Shown here piece after piece: positions 41,158 through 52,074 of a stretch of 64,000 nucleotides of DNA (positions within the stretch are counted from its first letter, which is position 1; each line of letters opens with the position of its first letter). The DNA is taken from NCBI GenBank assembly GCA_040772485.1, contig JAXGYC010000009.1:352001-416000 (forward strand), read 5' to 3'. Under the pieces are notes generated by a model. That model was not told the DNA's origin. It made no database searches and saw nothing but the letters and a program-made list of their open reading frames with translations. Source of the stretch: Sedimentisphaerales bacterium. Its GTDB lineage: Bacteria; Planctomycetota; Phycisphaerae; Sedimentisphaerales; Anaerobacaceae. A program made the translations under genes and the position numbers.

Positions 41158-43644
41158 ATGACAACGTTGTGGCAGGATGTTCGATATGGTCTGCGAATGC
41201 TGGCGAAGAGCCCCGGCTTTACGGCGGTGGCGGTCGTATCGCTGGCATTGGGTGTTGGGGTCAACACTGCCATCTTCAGTCTGCTCAATGCGGTGTGGAT
41301 GCGGTCGTTGCCCGTGCGCGACCCGCACGCCTTGCGCGTGGTTAATTGGAGCGGTCACAATACGATGCTCTCCCGCTATTGCGGGGGGGCCGGCGATGCC
41401 AAACGGGACCGTACGGGCGCCACGGTATCGGGGTCTTTCCCTTATCCGGTGTATCGTGATTTCAAAGAGCGGGTTGAAGGATGCTCCAACGTGTTTGCCT
41501 TCTTTGGGCTGTATGGACTGACGGTCATAGGGCCCAAAGGCGCTGCCACGGCCGATGCGCTGATGGTCTCAGGCGACTTCTTCGAGGGATACGGGACTCG
41601 AGCCTTGATCGGCCGTACGCTCGGTTCCAATGATGAGTCGTCGCAGGCCGACCCCGTGGCGGTGATCACCTATCGCTGGTGGGAGAAGGAGTACGATCTC
41701 AGCCCCGAGGTCCTTGGTCAGATGATAACCATCAACCAGCATCAGTTCACCATTGTGGGTGTCCTGCCTCGTGCTTACTGCGGCCCGGAGATCGGCGATA
41801 TGGCCCGGATCTATGTGCCGATGTCCGCCCAGCCGCAGCTCGCTTCCGGGTTCCCCTTGGATGCGCGGGACCACTGGTGGGCCAATATCATGGTGCGTCT
41901 GGAACGCGAGGCGGACGAGACGCAAATCCGCGCTGCTATGGAGGGTCTTTTTCTCCAGACCTTGTCCGTGCCGGGACAAGGAACGCAGATGGAGAACCCA
42001 CAGATTCTCCTGGTCGACGGAAGCCGGGGACTTCTGGGAGCGCGCCGGGAGATGGCATTTGGGCTCGCGGTTCTGATGGCTGCCGTAGGGCTGGTTCTCC
42101 TGATCGCCTGCGCCAATCTGGCGGGGCTCCTGCTGGCTCGGGGCGCCGCGCGTCAGCAGGAATTGACCGTGCGGGCCGCCATGGGCGCAGGGCGCGGGCG
42201 CCTGATTCGCCAACTGCTCACCGAGAGTCTGGTCCTGTCTCTGGCGGGAGCCGGACTTGGGCTGCTCGTAGCGGTTTGGATCAAGGCGGCGGTGTTAGGC
42301 GTTATCCCCGGCAGCCTGGAGAGCTTCCATCTCGATGTGAGCATTGACCTGCGCGTCCTGCTGTTCACGTTAAGTGCCGCGATGGCAACGTCCCTTCTTT
42401 TCGGCCTGATTCCGGCCCTGCGCGTCACGCGCGTGGATCTGTGTTCGGGGCTCAAGGGTCAGAGGGTGTTGGGTGTCCCGGGTTTGCGGCTGGGCAAGAT
42501 TCTTGTGGCGGCGCAGGTGAGCCTCTCGGTCCTGCTTCTGGTGAGCACCGGCCTGTTGATGCAGACGCTGCTGAACCTGTATCGGACCGATCTCGGGTTT
42601 GCCACGGACAAGATTCTGGTCTTCCGTCTGAATCCCGGTCAGGCGGGATATGAAGACGCCAACTCGGTTGGCTTCTACGATCAGGTCGAAGCGAATCTCG
42701 CAAGCCTTCCCGGCGTGCGAAGCATTGCCCTTTCCAGCGACAACCTTCTGGGCGGCAGCCGCGCCAGCACCGGCTTCTCGATCCCTGGGCGTGCCGCAGA
42801 TGGACCGCAGAGTCCTCAGGCCGATGTGCTCGACGTCAGCGAAGCCTTCTTTCAAACGATGGGTATTCCACTGTTGCGCGGGCGGAGCCTGGAGCGGACG
42901 GACACCGCGTCGCAGCCCCGAGTGGTTGTCGTCAACGAGACCTTCGCACGCACCTTCTTTGCAGATGCTGATCCCATCGGGCAGTCGATTCACATGGGCG
43001 AGCGAGACTACCAAATCGTCGGTGTGTCCGGCGATGCCAAGTACAATCGAGTTCAAAGCGACATCGAGCCCACCCTGTACTTCTCACACCGACAAGCCAG
43101 TCCCGGAGCGATGTGCTTCGAGGTCCGCACCGCAGGCGATCCTCTGACTTTGGTTCCGGCAGTCCGCAGGATCGTCGCGGACCTGGATCGCACCATCCCC
43201 TTGGAACAGGTTTCCACACAACGGCAGCTCTTCGAAGACTCCATTACGCCGGAGCGGGTCTTCACCTATTTGTGCAGTGGTCTGGCTCTGCTTGGCATCT
43301 TGCTGTCGTGCATCGGACTGTATGGCCTGCTGGCTTTCATGGTCACCCGCCGGACCGGCGAGATTGGCGTACGCATGGCGCTCGGCGCGGCGCCGCGCGA
43401 CGTTGCCTGGCCCGTGATGCGCAGCGCCCTTTGGATGGCGGCCTTCGGCCTGTTGGTCGGTGTCCCGGTCGCTCTGGCGGCGACCCGGGTCCTGCGGAGT
43501 GTTCTGTATGGTGTCACACCACACGATCCCATCGCCATCGTGGTCGCCATCGTCCTGGTCCTGTCGGTCGCCGCTCTGGCCGCGTGGATTCCAGCCCGCC
43601 GGGCGGCGCGAATCGATCCGATGGAGGCGTTGCGCTACGAGTGA
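41158..43644 (+). CDS. MacB/ADOP-type ABC permease P8
   Basis: Family motifs. Confidence 0.92.
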   Translation: MTTLWQDVRYGLRMLAKSPGFTAVAVVSLALGVGVNTAIFSLLNAVWMRSLPVRDPHALRVVNWSGHNTMLSRYCGGAGDAKRDRTGATVSGSFPYPVYRDFKERVEGCSNVFAFFGLYGLTVIGPKGAATADALMVSGDFFEGYGTRALIGRTLGSNDESSQADPVAVITYRWWEKEYDLSPEVLGQMITINQHQFTIVGVLPRAYCGPEIGDMARIYVPMSAQPQLASGFPLDARDHWWANIMVRLEREADETQIRAAMEGLFLQTLSVPGQGTQMENPQILLVDGSRGLLGARREMAFGLAVLMAAVGLVLLIACANLAGLLLARGAARQQELTVRAAMGAGRGRLIRQLLTESLVLSLAGAGLGLLVAVWIKAAVLGVIPGSLESFHLDVSIDLRVLLFTLSAAMATSLLFGLIPALRVTRVDLCSGLKGQRVLGVPGLRLGKILVAAQVSLSVLLLVSTGLLMQTLLNLYRTDLGFATDKILVFRLNPGQAGYEDANSVGFYDQVEANLASLPGVRSIALSSDNLLGGSRASTGFSIPGRAADGPQSPQADVLDVSEAFFQTMGIPLLRGRSLERTDTASQPRVVVVNETFARTFFADADPIGQSIHMGERDYQIVGVSGDAKYNRVQSDIEPTLYFSHRQASPGAMCFEVRTAGDPLTLVPAVRRIVADLDRTIPLEQVSTQRQLFEDSITPERVFTYLCSGLALLGILLSCIGLYGLLAFMVTRRTGEIGVRMALGAAPRDVAWPVMRSALWMAAFGLLVGVPVALAATRVLRSVLYGVTPHDPIAIVVAIVLVLSVAALAAWIPARRAARIDPMEALRYE

Positions 43645-43680
43645 TGGACTATCAATGAGAAATGAATCTGAGGATGTGCG

Positions 43681-44379
43681 ATGATCACTTTGAAGAGTGT
43701 TGAGAAGAGCTACAAGACCAAGGCGGGATTCACGTATGTGCTGCGGCAGATCAACCTCCAGATCGCCGAAGGCGAGTTCATCACGATCATGGGGCCGTCG
43801 GCGGCGGGCAAGAGCACGCTGCTGAACATCGTGGGCATGCTCGACCACGACTGGGAAGGGGAATACTACCTGGACGATCAGCCGGTGCACACGCTCAAAC
43901 CCAAAGACCGGCAGGCCCTGAACCGTCAGTACGTGGGCTTCGTGTTCCAGGCGTTCAACTTGCTCGACAGCCTGACGGTGTACGAGAACCTCGACGTGCC
44001 GCTGTCCTACCGAAACGTCAAGACCTCGCAGCGAGCCGCGATCGTCTGCGACACGCTCGACCGCTTCGGCATCGTGGGCAAGAAAGACCTCTATCCGAGC
44101 CAGCTCTCCGGCGGCCAGCAGCAGCTCGTCGCCATCGCCCGCGCCGTGGTCGCCAATCCCAAGCTGATCCTGGCCGACGAGCCAACCGGCAACCTGCACT
44201 CGACCCAGGGCCGCGAGATCATGAAGCTGTTCAAGAAGCTCAATGAGGAGGGCACGACCATCATCCAGGTGACGCACAACGAGGAATACGCCGCCTACGG
44301 CCGACGCATCATCCAACTCAAAGACGGCTGGATGGACGGCGAAATCACCCCCGACCAACTGCTCGGAAAGGCACGATAA
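43681..44379 (+). CDS. Second ABC transporter ATP-binding protein (LolD/MacB-type)
   Basis: 'GPSAAGKST', 'LSGGQQQ', '[10 protein letters not shown]', 'VTHN'. Confidence 0.95.
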   Translation: MITLKSVEKSYKTKAGFTYVLRQINLQIAEGEFITIMGPSAAGKSTLLNIVGMLDHDWEGEYYLDDQPVHTLKPKDRQALNRQYVGFVFQAFNLLDSLTVYENLDVPLSYRNVKTSQRAAIVCDTLDRFGIVGKKDLYPSQLSGGQQQLVAIARAVVANPKLILADEPTGNLHSTQGREIMKLFKKLNEEGTTIIQVTHNEEYAAYGRRIIQLKDGWMDGEITPDQLLGKAR

Positions 44380-44382
44380 ACC

Positions 44383-46890
44383 ATGATAGCACTGTGGCAA
44401 GACATTCGATACGGCGTCCGGATGCTGAGAAAGTCGCCGGGGTTCACAGCGATTGCCCTGGTTACCCTGGCGGTCGGCATCGGCGCCAATACCGTCATGT
44501 TCTCTGTGGTTAATATGTTGGTGTTTCGGCCCATGCAGGTCAAAGATCCGGACCGGTTGGTGTACTGCTGCATACAGGGTTCCCCTGGTTTCCGCTATGA
44601 AGACTATACCGACATACGAGACGACAATCCGGCGTTTAGTGATCTAATCGCCGTCGGCGGCGGTATGGGAAGTGGCGGCACCTGGCTTCAGGGTGCTGTG
44701 GTCAGGGAGATGCGTATTGCGTACACGTCGGCCAACTACTTTTCCGCGTTGGGGGTGGACCCGATTCATGGACGGACCTTCCTGCCTGAGGAAGAGCGGC
44801 ATGGCGCGGAACCGGTCGTGGTGCTGAGCCACCGGACCTGGCAGGCACTGGGTGGCGATCCCAATATGGTGGGCCAAGTCGCGCACATCAACGCCCAGCC
44901 TTGTCGGATCATCGGTGTGGCGCCCGAGGGATTCACCGGCACGATGCTTCATGGGCCGGATATTTGGCTGCCCCTTGGGGCTTACGGCCTGGTCGATCGT
45001 CGCCATCGCAATCGACCCTATCCGCTAAACGGGTTGATAGGACGACTCAAGCCTGATCTGGACATGGCGGCGGCCGAGGCAAGGCTCCAGATGTTGGGTG
45101 CACGCCTCAAAGAGCAAATGAATACCCGATGGAAGAACAACTCCGTAGATTACCGATTGAAGGACAATGCCAGGCTGGTTCTCACCCGGTTGGGCAAACT
45201 CTCGTTAGGGGAAGATGATCGCGTGCAGAAAGGGATGAGGCAATGGAGTATGGTCTTGATGGCGATCTCCTTCGTTGTTCTCCTCATTGCCTGCCTGAAC
45301 CTCGCGAACATGCTCAACGCGCAGGGGACAGACAGACAACGGGAAATCGCCATTCGGTTGGCCATGGGAGGCGGACGTTTACGCATCATACGGCAGTTGT
45401 TGATCGAGTCGCTTCTGTTGGCGCTGTTGGGAGCAGTGCTGGCGTTGATCCCCAGCTTGGTGGGCATCCGCATGTTCAATGCCTGGCTGGCGCTGGCCGT
45501 GAGTGATGAGGTGATTCAAATCCCCACCTCATTTGACATGCGCGTATTCGGAGCAACCCTCGGAATCTGTCTGATCGCCACGATCATGTTTGGTCTCAAA
45601 CCGGCCTTGAACCTATCCAAACGCGATGTCATCGGCGACCTGAAGGAGTCGGGGGCCGTTGTCCAAACCCTAAGACGCAGACGGCGTCTTTTACCACGTG
45701 GGCTATCGGTGATAGGCCAGACCGCGTTGTCCGTGGCATTTGTCATGGTCGCGATGTTGTTTATGCGTACGGCCCAGAAGCTCGGTAATACCTATCCCGG
45801 GCTTGACTTGCACGGCAAGATCCTGGTCAAGATCGATGCGTTGGCGAGTGGGTACGCTCCCGCACAGGTCGGAGCAGCCTGCGAGAGGCTCGCCGAACGT
45901 CTGAAGGGTATGCCGGGAATCCAAGCGGTAGGGTGGTCCATGGGATTTCCTGTGGGTGACTCTTACCGAGGTTCTTCCCCAGACGTTGCGGAATACCGGC
46001 CCGGGGTTGAAGAGGACAACGTCAAGAGCCTCTTCCCCAGAGGCGCACTGACTTTCCCGGTCAATGGGGAGTACTTCGAGGCCATGGGAATGCCGCTGTT
46101 ACAGGGCCGACCCTTCGGTCCCCTTGATCATGCGGCCGGGGCGGAACCCGTGGTGATCATCGGGAGTCGCCTGGCTGAAAAGCTCCGCAGAGACGGCAAC
46201 GTCCTGGATTGCCTGATTCAACATGGTTGGGGCTCGGACCTTCAGGTGTGCCGTGTGGTGGGGGTGGTTTCCACTCTGCGCGATCCATACGACGAGACTT
46301 CGGAGTGGGGCCAGATATACCAGCCGATCTCCCCGGACCAAGCCCCCATCTATATGCATATCCGGACTGCGCCGGAAAGGGAATCCCCATTGTTGCAGAA
46401 CCTCGGTTCGATGATTCACGAGATCGATCCAATGCTTGCGGTGGTATCGTTGATGAGTCTGGCCGAGCACCATCGCGGAAGTTACGCCGTTCGGCAGGCG
46501 AGGATGAACGCCCAGGTGATTAGGATATTCGGGATCCTGGCCATGTTCCTGGCCGGACTCGGCCTCTACGCGGTCAAGGCCCATATGGTGGCGACACGCA
46601 CACACGAGATTGGCGTTCGCATGGCCCTGGGGGCCTCCCGACGGAGTGTTCTGACCCTGGTCTTTCGCCAGAACGGCCTGTCGACCCTTGTAGGGCTGGT
46701 CCTCGGCATCGTATTGGCCATTGGCCTGACATCCTTGATTCGCGGTGCACTCTACGGCATCGGTCCCACGGATCCGGTGAGTATCATTGCCACTGTGAGC
46801 GTGTTGGCCTTGACATCCCTGCTGGCAGGATACGTCCCCGCACAACGTGCTGTTAAAATCGATCCGATGGTGGCGCTGCGGCATGAATAG
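44383..46890 (+). CDS. MacB/ADOP-type ABC permease P9
   Basis: Family motifs. Confidence 0.92.
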   Translation: MIALWQDIRYGVRMLRKSPGFTAIALVTLAVGIGANTVMFSVVNMLVFRPMQVKDPDRLVYCCIQGSPGFRYEDYTDIRDDNPAFSDLIAVGGGMGSGGTWLQGAVVREMRIAYTSANYFSALGVDPIHGRTFLPEEERHGAEPVVVLSHRTWQALGGDPNMVGQVAHINAQPCRIIGVAPEGFTGTMLHGPDIWLPLGAYGLVDRRHRNRPYPLNGLIGRLKPDLDMAAAEARLQMLGARLKEQMNTRWKNNSVDYRLKDNARLVLTRLGKLSLGEDDRVQKGMRQWSMVLMAISFVVLLIACLNLANMLNAQGTDRQREIAIRLAMGGGRLRIIRQLLIESLLLALLGAVLALIPSLVGIRMFNAWLALAVSDEVIQIPTSFDMRVFGATLGICLIATIMFGLKPALNLSKRDVIGDLKESGAVVQTLRRRRRLLPRGLSVIGQTALSVAFVMVAMLFMRTAQKLGNTYPGLDLHGKILVKIDALASGYAPAQVGAACERLAERLKGMPGIQAVGWSMGFPVGDSYRGSSPDVAEYRPGVEEDNVKSLFPRGALTFPVNGEYFEAMGMPLLQGRPFGPLDHAAGAEPVVIIGSRLAEKLRRDGNVLDCLIQHGWGSDLQVCRVVGVVSTLRDPYDETSEWGQIYQPISPDQAPIYMHIRTAPERESPLLQNLGSMIHEIDPMLAVVSLMSLAEHHRGSYAVRQARMNAQVIRIFGILAMFLAGLGLYAVKAHMVATRTHEIGVRMALGASRRSVLTLVFRQNGLSTLVGLVLGIVLAIGLTSLIRGALYGIGPTDPVSIIATVSVLALTSLLAGYVPAQRAVKIDPMVALRHE

Positions 46891-46995
46891 GAAGGAGTTG
46901 ACAGTTCACAGTTGATAGTTGTCAGCAAGAGCGCCGACGGCTCCCAACTGAGAACCGACAACCGCCAACTGTGAACTGAGTACTGGAGTCATGCA
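46891..46995 (+). repeat. Inverted-heptamer junction element J12
   Basis: gacagtt cacagtt gatagtt gtcag...aactgag aaccgac aaccgcc aactgtg aactgag tactgga g. Confidence 0.9.
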
Positions 46996-49470
46996 ATGAC
47001 GACCTTGTGGCAGGATGTTCGATACGCCCTGCGGATGCTCGCAAAAAGCCCTGGCTTCGCGGGCACGGCTGTCATCATCCTGGGGATTGGCATCGGCGCG
47101 ACCACGGCGATGCTCAGCGCACTCGATGCCGTGCTGTTTCGGCCATGCCCGTATAAGGATTCTGAGCGTCTTGCCTGGCTCGGCGAAACCGACCCGGGAC
47201 GCACGCACAAAGAAATGGTCTCGCTGCCCAACTTCTACGACTGGCGAGAACAAACCCAGGTGTTTGAGAAGCTCGTTGCCGCCAATGGTCGTGGGTGCGT
47301 GGTTCGCGATGCCGCCAGGACGGAAAGGAGCGAAGCCATGTCGGTCTCTGAGGGCTTCTTTTCCGTGTTGGGCGTCCAGCCGATATTGGGCCGGCTGTTT
47401 CTACCGAGCGAAGAAAGGCCAGGGGGGCCGCGCGTGGTGATCCTCGGCGAAGGCCAGTGGCAACACTGGTTTGCCCGCGATCCCAATGCCATTGGCAAGA
47501 CGCTGCTTCTCGATAGAGACGTGTACACCGTAGTCGGCGTTCTGCCCGACGAATTCCGATGGGTCTTCCGTCGCCCGCATTGCGGCTTGTGGGTGCCGCT
47601 GGCACTGGAGCCAGTAGATGAATCCCACCGAACGTCGCGTGGCACCGATGTCATCGGGAGGCTCAGGGCGGGCGCTAGTATCGACCAGGCTCAAGCAGAA
47701 ATGGATGTCATTGCGGACCGGCTGACTCGCGCGCACCCGAAAGCGCTGGCCGACGTCGGGATCGTGGTCGTTCCGATGAGCGAAGCCTATCGGATGGCGG
47801 CCGGATGGTCCGGCAACGTCAGGGTCCTGGTGATCCTGTCCGGGATCGTCGCCAGCGTACTTCTAATGGCCTGTCTGCATGTCGCCGGGCTGCTGTTGGT
47901 TCGGTCCACGGCTCGCGAAAGGGAGATCGCGGTTCGCGCGGCTATGGGGGCTCATCGTTTGCGCCTAATCAGGCAATTGCTCACCGAAAGCGCGCTGCTG
48001 GCAGGTATGGGCGGTCTGCTCGGACTGCTGCTTGCACACTGCGGCGTGCGTCTGCTGGCGACGGTCGGAGGTGATTCGGCCGGCTTGGTTCCGTGGTTTG
48101 CAGACCCTCGAATCGATAGTCGATCTCTCCTCTATGCCTTGATTCTGTCCCTGGCGACGTGCGGGCTGTTCGGCGTGTTGCCGGCCGTCTGGACATCTCG
48201 AATCAACCTGAGCCGGTTCCTTTCTGTGGGAAGGACGTCCGAACGGGGACCGCGCTTCACTCGTGTGCGAGAGGCTCTTGTGACGGGCGACTTGGCCGTT
48301 GCTTTCGTGTTGCTTGTCGTGGCAGCCTTGGTCATCAATACCTATGTCCGCATTCTGGATTTCAACCCCGGGATCAGTGCGAAGAATGTTCTGGCGATGA
48401 GTATAGAGCTGGACACCGAAGCGAGTCCCTATTCCGACCCTGAGTGTCGATCTGCGTTCTTCCATCAGGTTCTGGAGCGAATCCGGCACCTGCCTGGAGT
48501 ACGGTATGCGGCGGCCGCAAACATGACGCCCGCATGGGCCGGCTACAACTACAGTGTCTTTCGCCTGGACGGACATCGCGACGGCAGCGATGAGCAGATC
48601 ATTCGCCGGACCACGGTCTCTTCCGAGTATTTCCGCGTGCTGGAGATCCCTGTTCTGAAAGGCCGAACGTTCACGGAGCAGGAGACCCTGAGGGGTGCCG
48701 CCGTGGCGATCATCAATGAGTCGCTGGCCGCGCGTTCCTGGCCCGGCCAGGACCCGATCGGACGCCGCATCACGCGGACGACGGGCACATCGCAGGGCGT
48801 ATCCCACGAGATTGTCGGGGTCGTCGCCGATGTGAAGCACTATTTCGACTTCACGCTCGCCAAGATACCGGAGGAACACCGCAAGAAGTACATTGGTGCG
48901 TTTCCCGATGACGTTGTCTACGTCCCGGGATACGACAGCGAACTCATGGCTCGGACGGCAGGGGACCCGGCCGATATCATTTCCGCTGCACGGCAGGCGG
49001 TGTTCGCTGTGGACCACGACGCTGTGGCGTATGGCATCGTGCCTCTCCAGGACGACATCAATAGCCTTTTCTCTTTGCAGCGGTTCAACACGCTTTTCCT
49101 CGGGGCATTTGCGGCGGTGACATTGCTGCTGGGCAGCATGGGTGTCTACGGCGCCGTGGCGTATTCGGTGTCGCGGCGCATTCATGAGATTGGCATCCGG
49201 ATGGCCTTGGGCGCCCGGAACCGCGATGTGCTGAAGGGGGTCCTGCGTGAGGGCCTGAAACTCACCGTCATCGGGCTTGCGCTCGGTTTGGTGGCCGCGC
49301 TGGGCCTGACGCGGGTTATCGCCAGTCTGCTGTATGGTGTCCGTCCCACCGATCCTCTGACCTTTGCCTGCGCGGCCCTGATCCTGACCGCCGTCTCGTT
49401 GCTGGCATGCTACCTTCCCGCGCGCCGTGCGGCGAAGGTCGATCCGATGGTGGCACTGCGATATGAATAA
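46996..49470 (+). CDS. MacB/ADOP-type ABC permease P10
   Basis: Family motifs. Confidence 0.92.
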   Translation: MTTLWQDVRYALRMLAKSPGFAGTAVIILGIGIGATTAMLSALDAVLFRPCPYKDSERLAWLGETDPGRTHKEMVSLPNFYDWREQTQVFEKLVAANGRGCVVRDAARTERSEAMSVSEGFFSVLGVQPILGRLFLPSEERPGGPRVVILGEGQWQHWFARDPNAIGKTLLLDRDVYTVVGVLPDEFRWVFRRPHCGLWVPLALEPVDESHRTSRGTDVIGRLRAGASIDQAQAEMDVIADRLTRAHPKALADVGIVVVPMSEAYRMAAGWSGNVRVLVILSGIVASVLLMACLHVAGLLLVRSTAREREIAVRAAMGAHRLRLIRQLLTESALLAGMGGLLGLLLAHCGVRLLATVGGDSAGLVPWFADPRIDSRSLLYALILSLATCGLFGVLPAVWTSRINLSRFLSVGRTSERGPRFTRVREALVTGDLAVAFVLLVVAALVINTYVRILDFNPGISAKNVLAMSIELDTEASPYSDPECRSAFFHQVLERIRHLPGVRYAAAANMTPAWAGYNYSVFRLDGHRDGSDEQIIRRTTVSSEYFRVLEIPVLKGRTFTEQETLRGAAVAIINESLAARSWPGQDPIGRRITRTTGTSQGVSHEIVGVVADVKHYFDFTLAKIPEEHRKKYIGAFPDDVVYVPGYDSELMARTAGDPADIISAARQAVFAVDHDAVAYGIVPLQDDINSLFSLQRFNTLFLGAFAAVTLLLGSMGVYGAVAYSVSRRIHEIGIRMALGARNRDVLKGVLREGLKLTVIGLALGLVAALGLTRVIASLLYGVRPTDPLTFACAALILTAVSLLACYLPARRAAKVDPMVALRYE

Positions 49471-49569
49471 GAACGAGTTGACGGTTCACAGTTGGCAGTT
49501 GTCAGCCGGGGAACCAGGAACCTGCAAACTGAGAACCGGCAACTGGGAACTGTGAACTGGAGTCATGCA
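49471..49569 (+). repeat. Inverted-heptamer junction element J13
   Basis: 99 bp; 2 mismatches to J14. Confidence 0.9.
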
Positions 49570-51975
49570 ATGGGAACGCTTTGGCAAGACATTCGATACG
49601 GCCTGCGGATGCTGGCGAAAAATCCGGGGTTCACAGCGGTGGTGATTGTGATCCTGGCGGTGGGGATCGGCGCCAACACGGCGGTCTTCAGTATCGTCAA
49701 TGCGGTGATGCTCCGGCCCTTGCCGTACGAGGACGCCGACCGGATCGTGTGTATGTATAACCACTCGGAGTGGGGCGACTTTCCCCCGCCGCACGGCGGC
49801 TTTCTCCTGTGTCGCCAGGACAACCCTGTTTTCGAGCAGATGACCGCATGTGGCCCGATGCGTGCGGAGATTTCCGGGATCGCCAGCGCCCGGCGGGTCC
49901 GTGCGACGGCTGTCTCATCCGAGTTCTTCTCCTTCGTGGGTGCCAAGCCATTGCTGGGCCGTATGTTTCGCGCCGAAGAGGAGCAGCCGGGCAACGATCT
50001 GGTCATGGTGGTCAGCTACAGCTTCTGGAAGAACGAACTGGGCGGGACTGACGACGTGATTGGCAAGACGGTGGGGGTGGACGACAAGAGCTACACCGTC
50101 GTGGGTGTTATGCCGAGCGATTTCAAGCCGATCTTTGGCGAACCCGCCACATTCTGGGTTCCGCTGGTCTTTTCCATACCGGACCCCGCCTTGCCGCTGG
50201 GGAATGATGTGTTTGTGTACGCACGCCTCAAGAAAGGCGTAACCCTGGAACAGGCCCGCGCGTTCATGCCCGCGCTCAGCGAGCGGTTCGCCGGGGCGGA
50301 CCCGCAGGGGGGAGGCTACAAGCTGGTAATCCAACGGCCGTTGGACAAACAACTGGAGGGTAAACGCACGTTGCCGCTGCTGCTCCTGGGTGCGGCGGCG
50401 TTCATCCTGCTGATCGCCTGTAGCAACGTCGCCAACCTGTTCCTGGCTCGCGCGGCCGTACGACAGCGCGAGCTGGCCATGCGTGCGGCTCTGGGTGCGT
50501 CTCGAGGACGCATCTTGCGACAAGTGCTCACCGAGGGTCTCCTGCTGAGCACCGCTGGCGGCGCGATCGGCCTGCTGATGACCGTCTGGACCGTTCAGGG
50601 TCTGGTCAGCCTGTGTCCTCGCGATATTCCACGACTGGATGAGACGAGGGTCGATCTGCCGGTCTTGGCCTTCACATTGGCGATATCGGTTCTGACGGGC
50701 CTTGTATTCGGTGCGGCGCCGGCCTGGAGAGCCTCCGGCGTGCGGATGGCGGAGATGCTGCAGGAAGGCGTGATGCGTCCGACTATTGGCCGACGGGGCC
50801 GCCGTGTTCACAGCGGTCTCGTCGTGACTCAGGTCGGGCTGTCCTTGATCCTGCTCATCGGAGCCGGCCTGTTGATTCGCAGCCTGATCGCATTGCAGCG
50901 ACTCGATCTGGGGTTCCGTCCCAAGAACGTGCTGGCGATGACGGTTATCCTACCGGCGGAGAAATACGCCGAGCCTGCCCGATGCCAGACTTTTTTCGAC
51001 GAGCTTCTGTCACGAGTGCGAGCGCTGCCACACGTCCAGTCGGCGGGACTGAGCCTGAGCGAGTTGGGCCTTGGCTTTGCAGGATACGCGGGGGCTCGCA
51101 TCTCCATCGCCGGCCGCGATCCTGTCCCTGCGGAAGAGCAGGATGCCGCGCTGCTCTCGGTCGTGACACCAGGTTTCTTCGAGGCGCTGGGTGTCCCACT
51201 GCTGCGGGGGCGTACATTCACCGAAGAGGACCTTGCCACCGAGACGAGTCATATCGTAATCGATCAGCATCTGGCTCGCAGGCACTTCGGCAACGCCAAT
51301 CCGATTGGTCAGCAGATCGATTTCCCGGACAGCCATCATATCGTCGTCGGCGTGGTGGATACGGTCAAGGACTTCGAGCATCTCGAACGGACGCACAGCG
51401 TGATCTATCTGCCGATGACGGCGGAGCACTGGTTCGAGCAGGAAGTGCTCGTGGTCCGAACCGATGGCGACCCCATGCGCCTGGCCGATGCGATCACCGC
51501 GCAGGCGGCGGACCTGGAGCCGGACAGGATCACTTGGAGGATCGAGACAGTTGAGGCCAGGCTGGCTGGCATGCTGCGCCCGAGACGCGTCAACGTGATC
51601 CTGCTGAGCCTCTTTGCGGGGATCGCGCTGGTCCTGGCGATGGTCGGCGTTTACAGCCTGCTTCACTACAGCGCGACGCAGCAGACCCGCGACATTGCGA
51701 TCCGTATGGCGTTGGGCGCTCGGAAGAGGAACGTGCTGACGGCGGTGGTCCGACAGGGGCTGATGCTCACGTTGCTCGGAGTCGTGGTCGGGCTGGCCGG
51801 CGCGGTGGCGTTGACCCGCGTGCTTGCCAGCCTGCTCTACGGTGTGACGCCCACTGACCCACTGACGTTGGCGGTCGTCTCGCTCGTGTTGATCACCGTC
51901 GCGTTGCTGGCCAGTTATCTCCCTGCTCGGCGGGCCGCGAGGATCGATCCGATGGTGGCACTGCGATATGAATAA
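49570..51975 (+). CDS. MacB/ADOP-type ABC permease P11
   Basis: MGTLWQD start; family motifs. Confidence 0.92.
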   Translation: MGTLWQDIRYGLRMLAKNPGFTAVVIVILAVGIGANTAVFSIVNAVMLRPLPYEDADRIVCMYNHSEWGDFPPPHGGFLLCRQDNPVFEQMTACGPMRAEISGIASARRVRATAVSSEFFSFVGAKPLLGRMFRAEEEQPGNDLVMVVSYSFWKNELGGTDDVIGKTVGVDDKSYTVVGVMPSDFKPIFGEPATFWVPLVFSIPDPALPLGNDVFVYARLKKGVTLEQARAFMPALSERFAGADPQGGGYKLVIQRPLDKQLEGKRTLPLLLLGAAAFILLIACSNVANLFLARAAVRQRELAMRAALGASRGRILRQVLTEGLLLSTAGGAIGLLMTVWTVQGLVSLCPRDIPRLDETRVDLPVLAFTLAISVLTGLVFGAAPAWRASGVRMAEMLQEGVMRPTIGRRGRRVHSGLVVTQVGLSLILLIGAGLLIRSLIALQRLDLGFRPKNVLAMTVILPAEKYAEPARCQTFFDELLSRVRALPHVQSAGLSLSELGLGFAGYAGARISIAGRDPVPAEEQDAALLSVVTPGFFEALGVPLLRGRTFTEEDLATETSHIVIDQHLARRHFGNANPIGQQIDFPDSHHIVVGVVDTVKDFEHLERTHSVIYLPMTAEHWFEQEVLVVRTDGDPMRLADAITAQAADLEPDRITWRIETVEARLAGMLRPRRVNVILLSLFAGIALVLAMVGVYSLLHYSATQQTRDIAIRMALGARKRNVLTAVVRQGLMLTLLGVVVGLAGAVALTRVLASLLYGVTPTDPLTLAVVSLVLITVALLASYLPARRAARIDPMVALRYE

Positions 51976-52074
51976 GAACGAGTTGACGGTTCACAGTTGG
52001 CAGTTGTCAGCCGGGGAACCAGGAACCTGCGAACTGAGAACTGGCAACTGGGAACTGTGAACTGGAGTCATGCA
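51976..52074 (+). repeat. Inverted-heptamer junction element J14
   Basis: 99 bp; 2 mismatches to J13. Confidence 0.9.
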
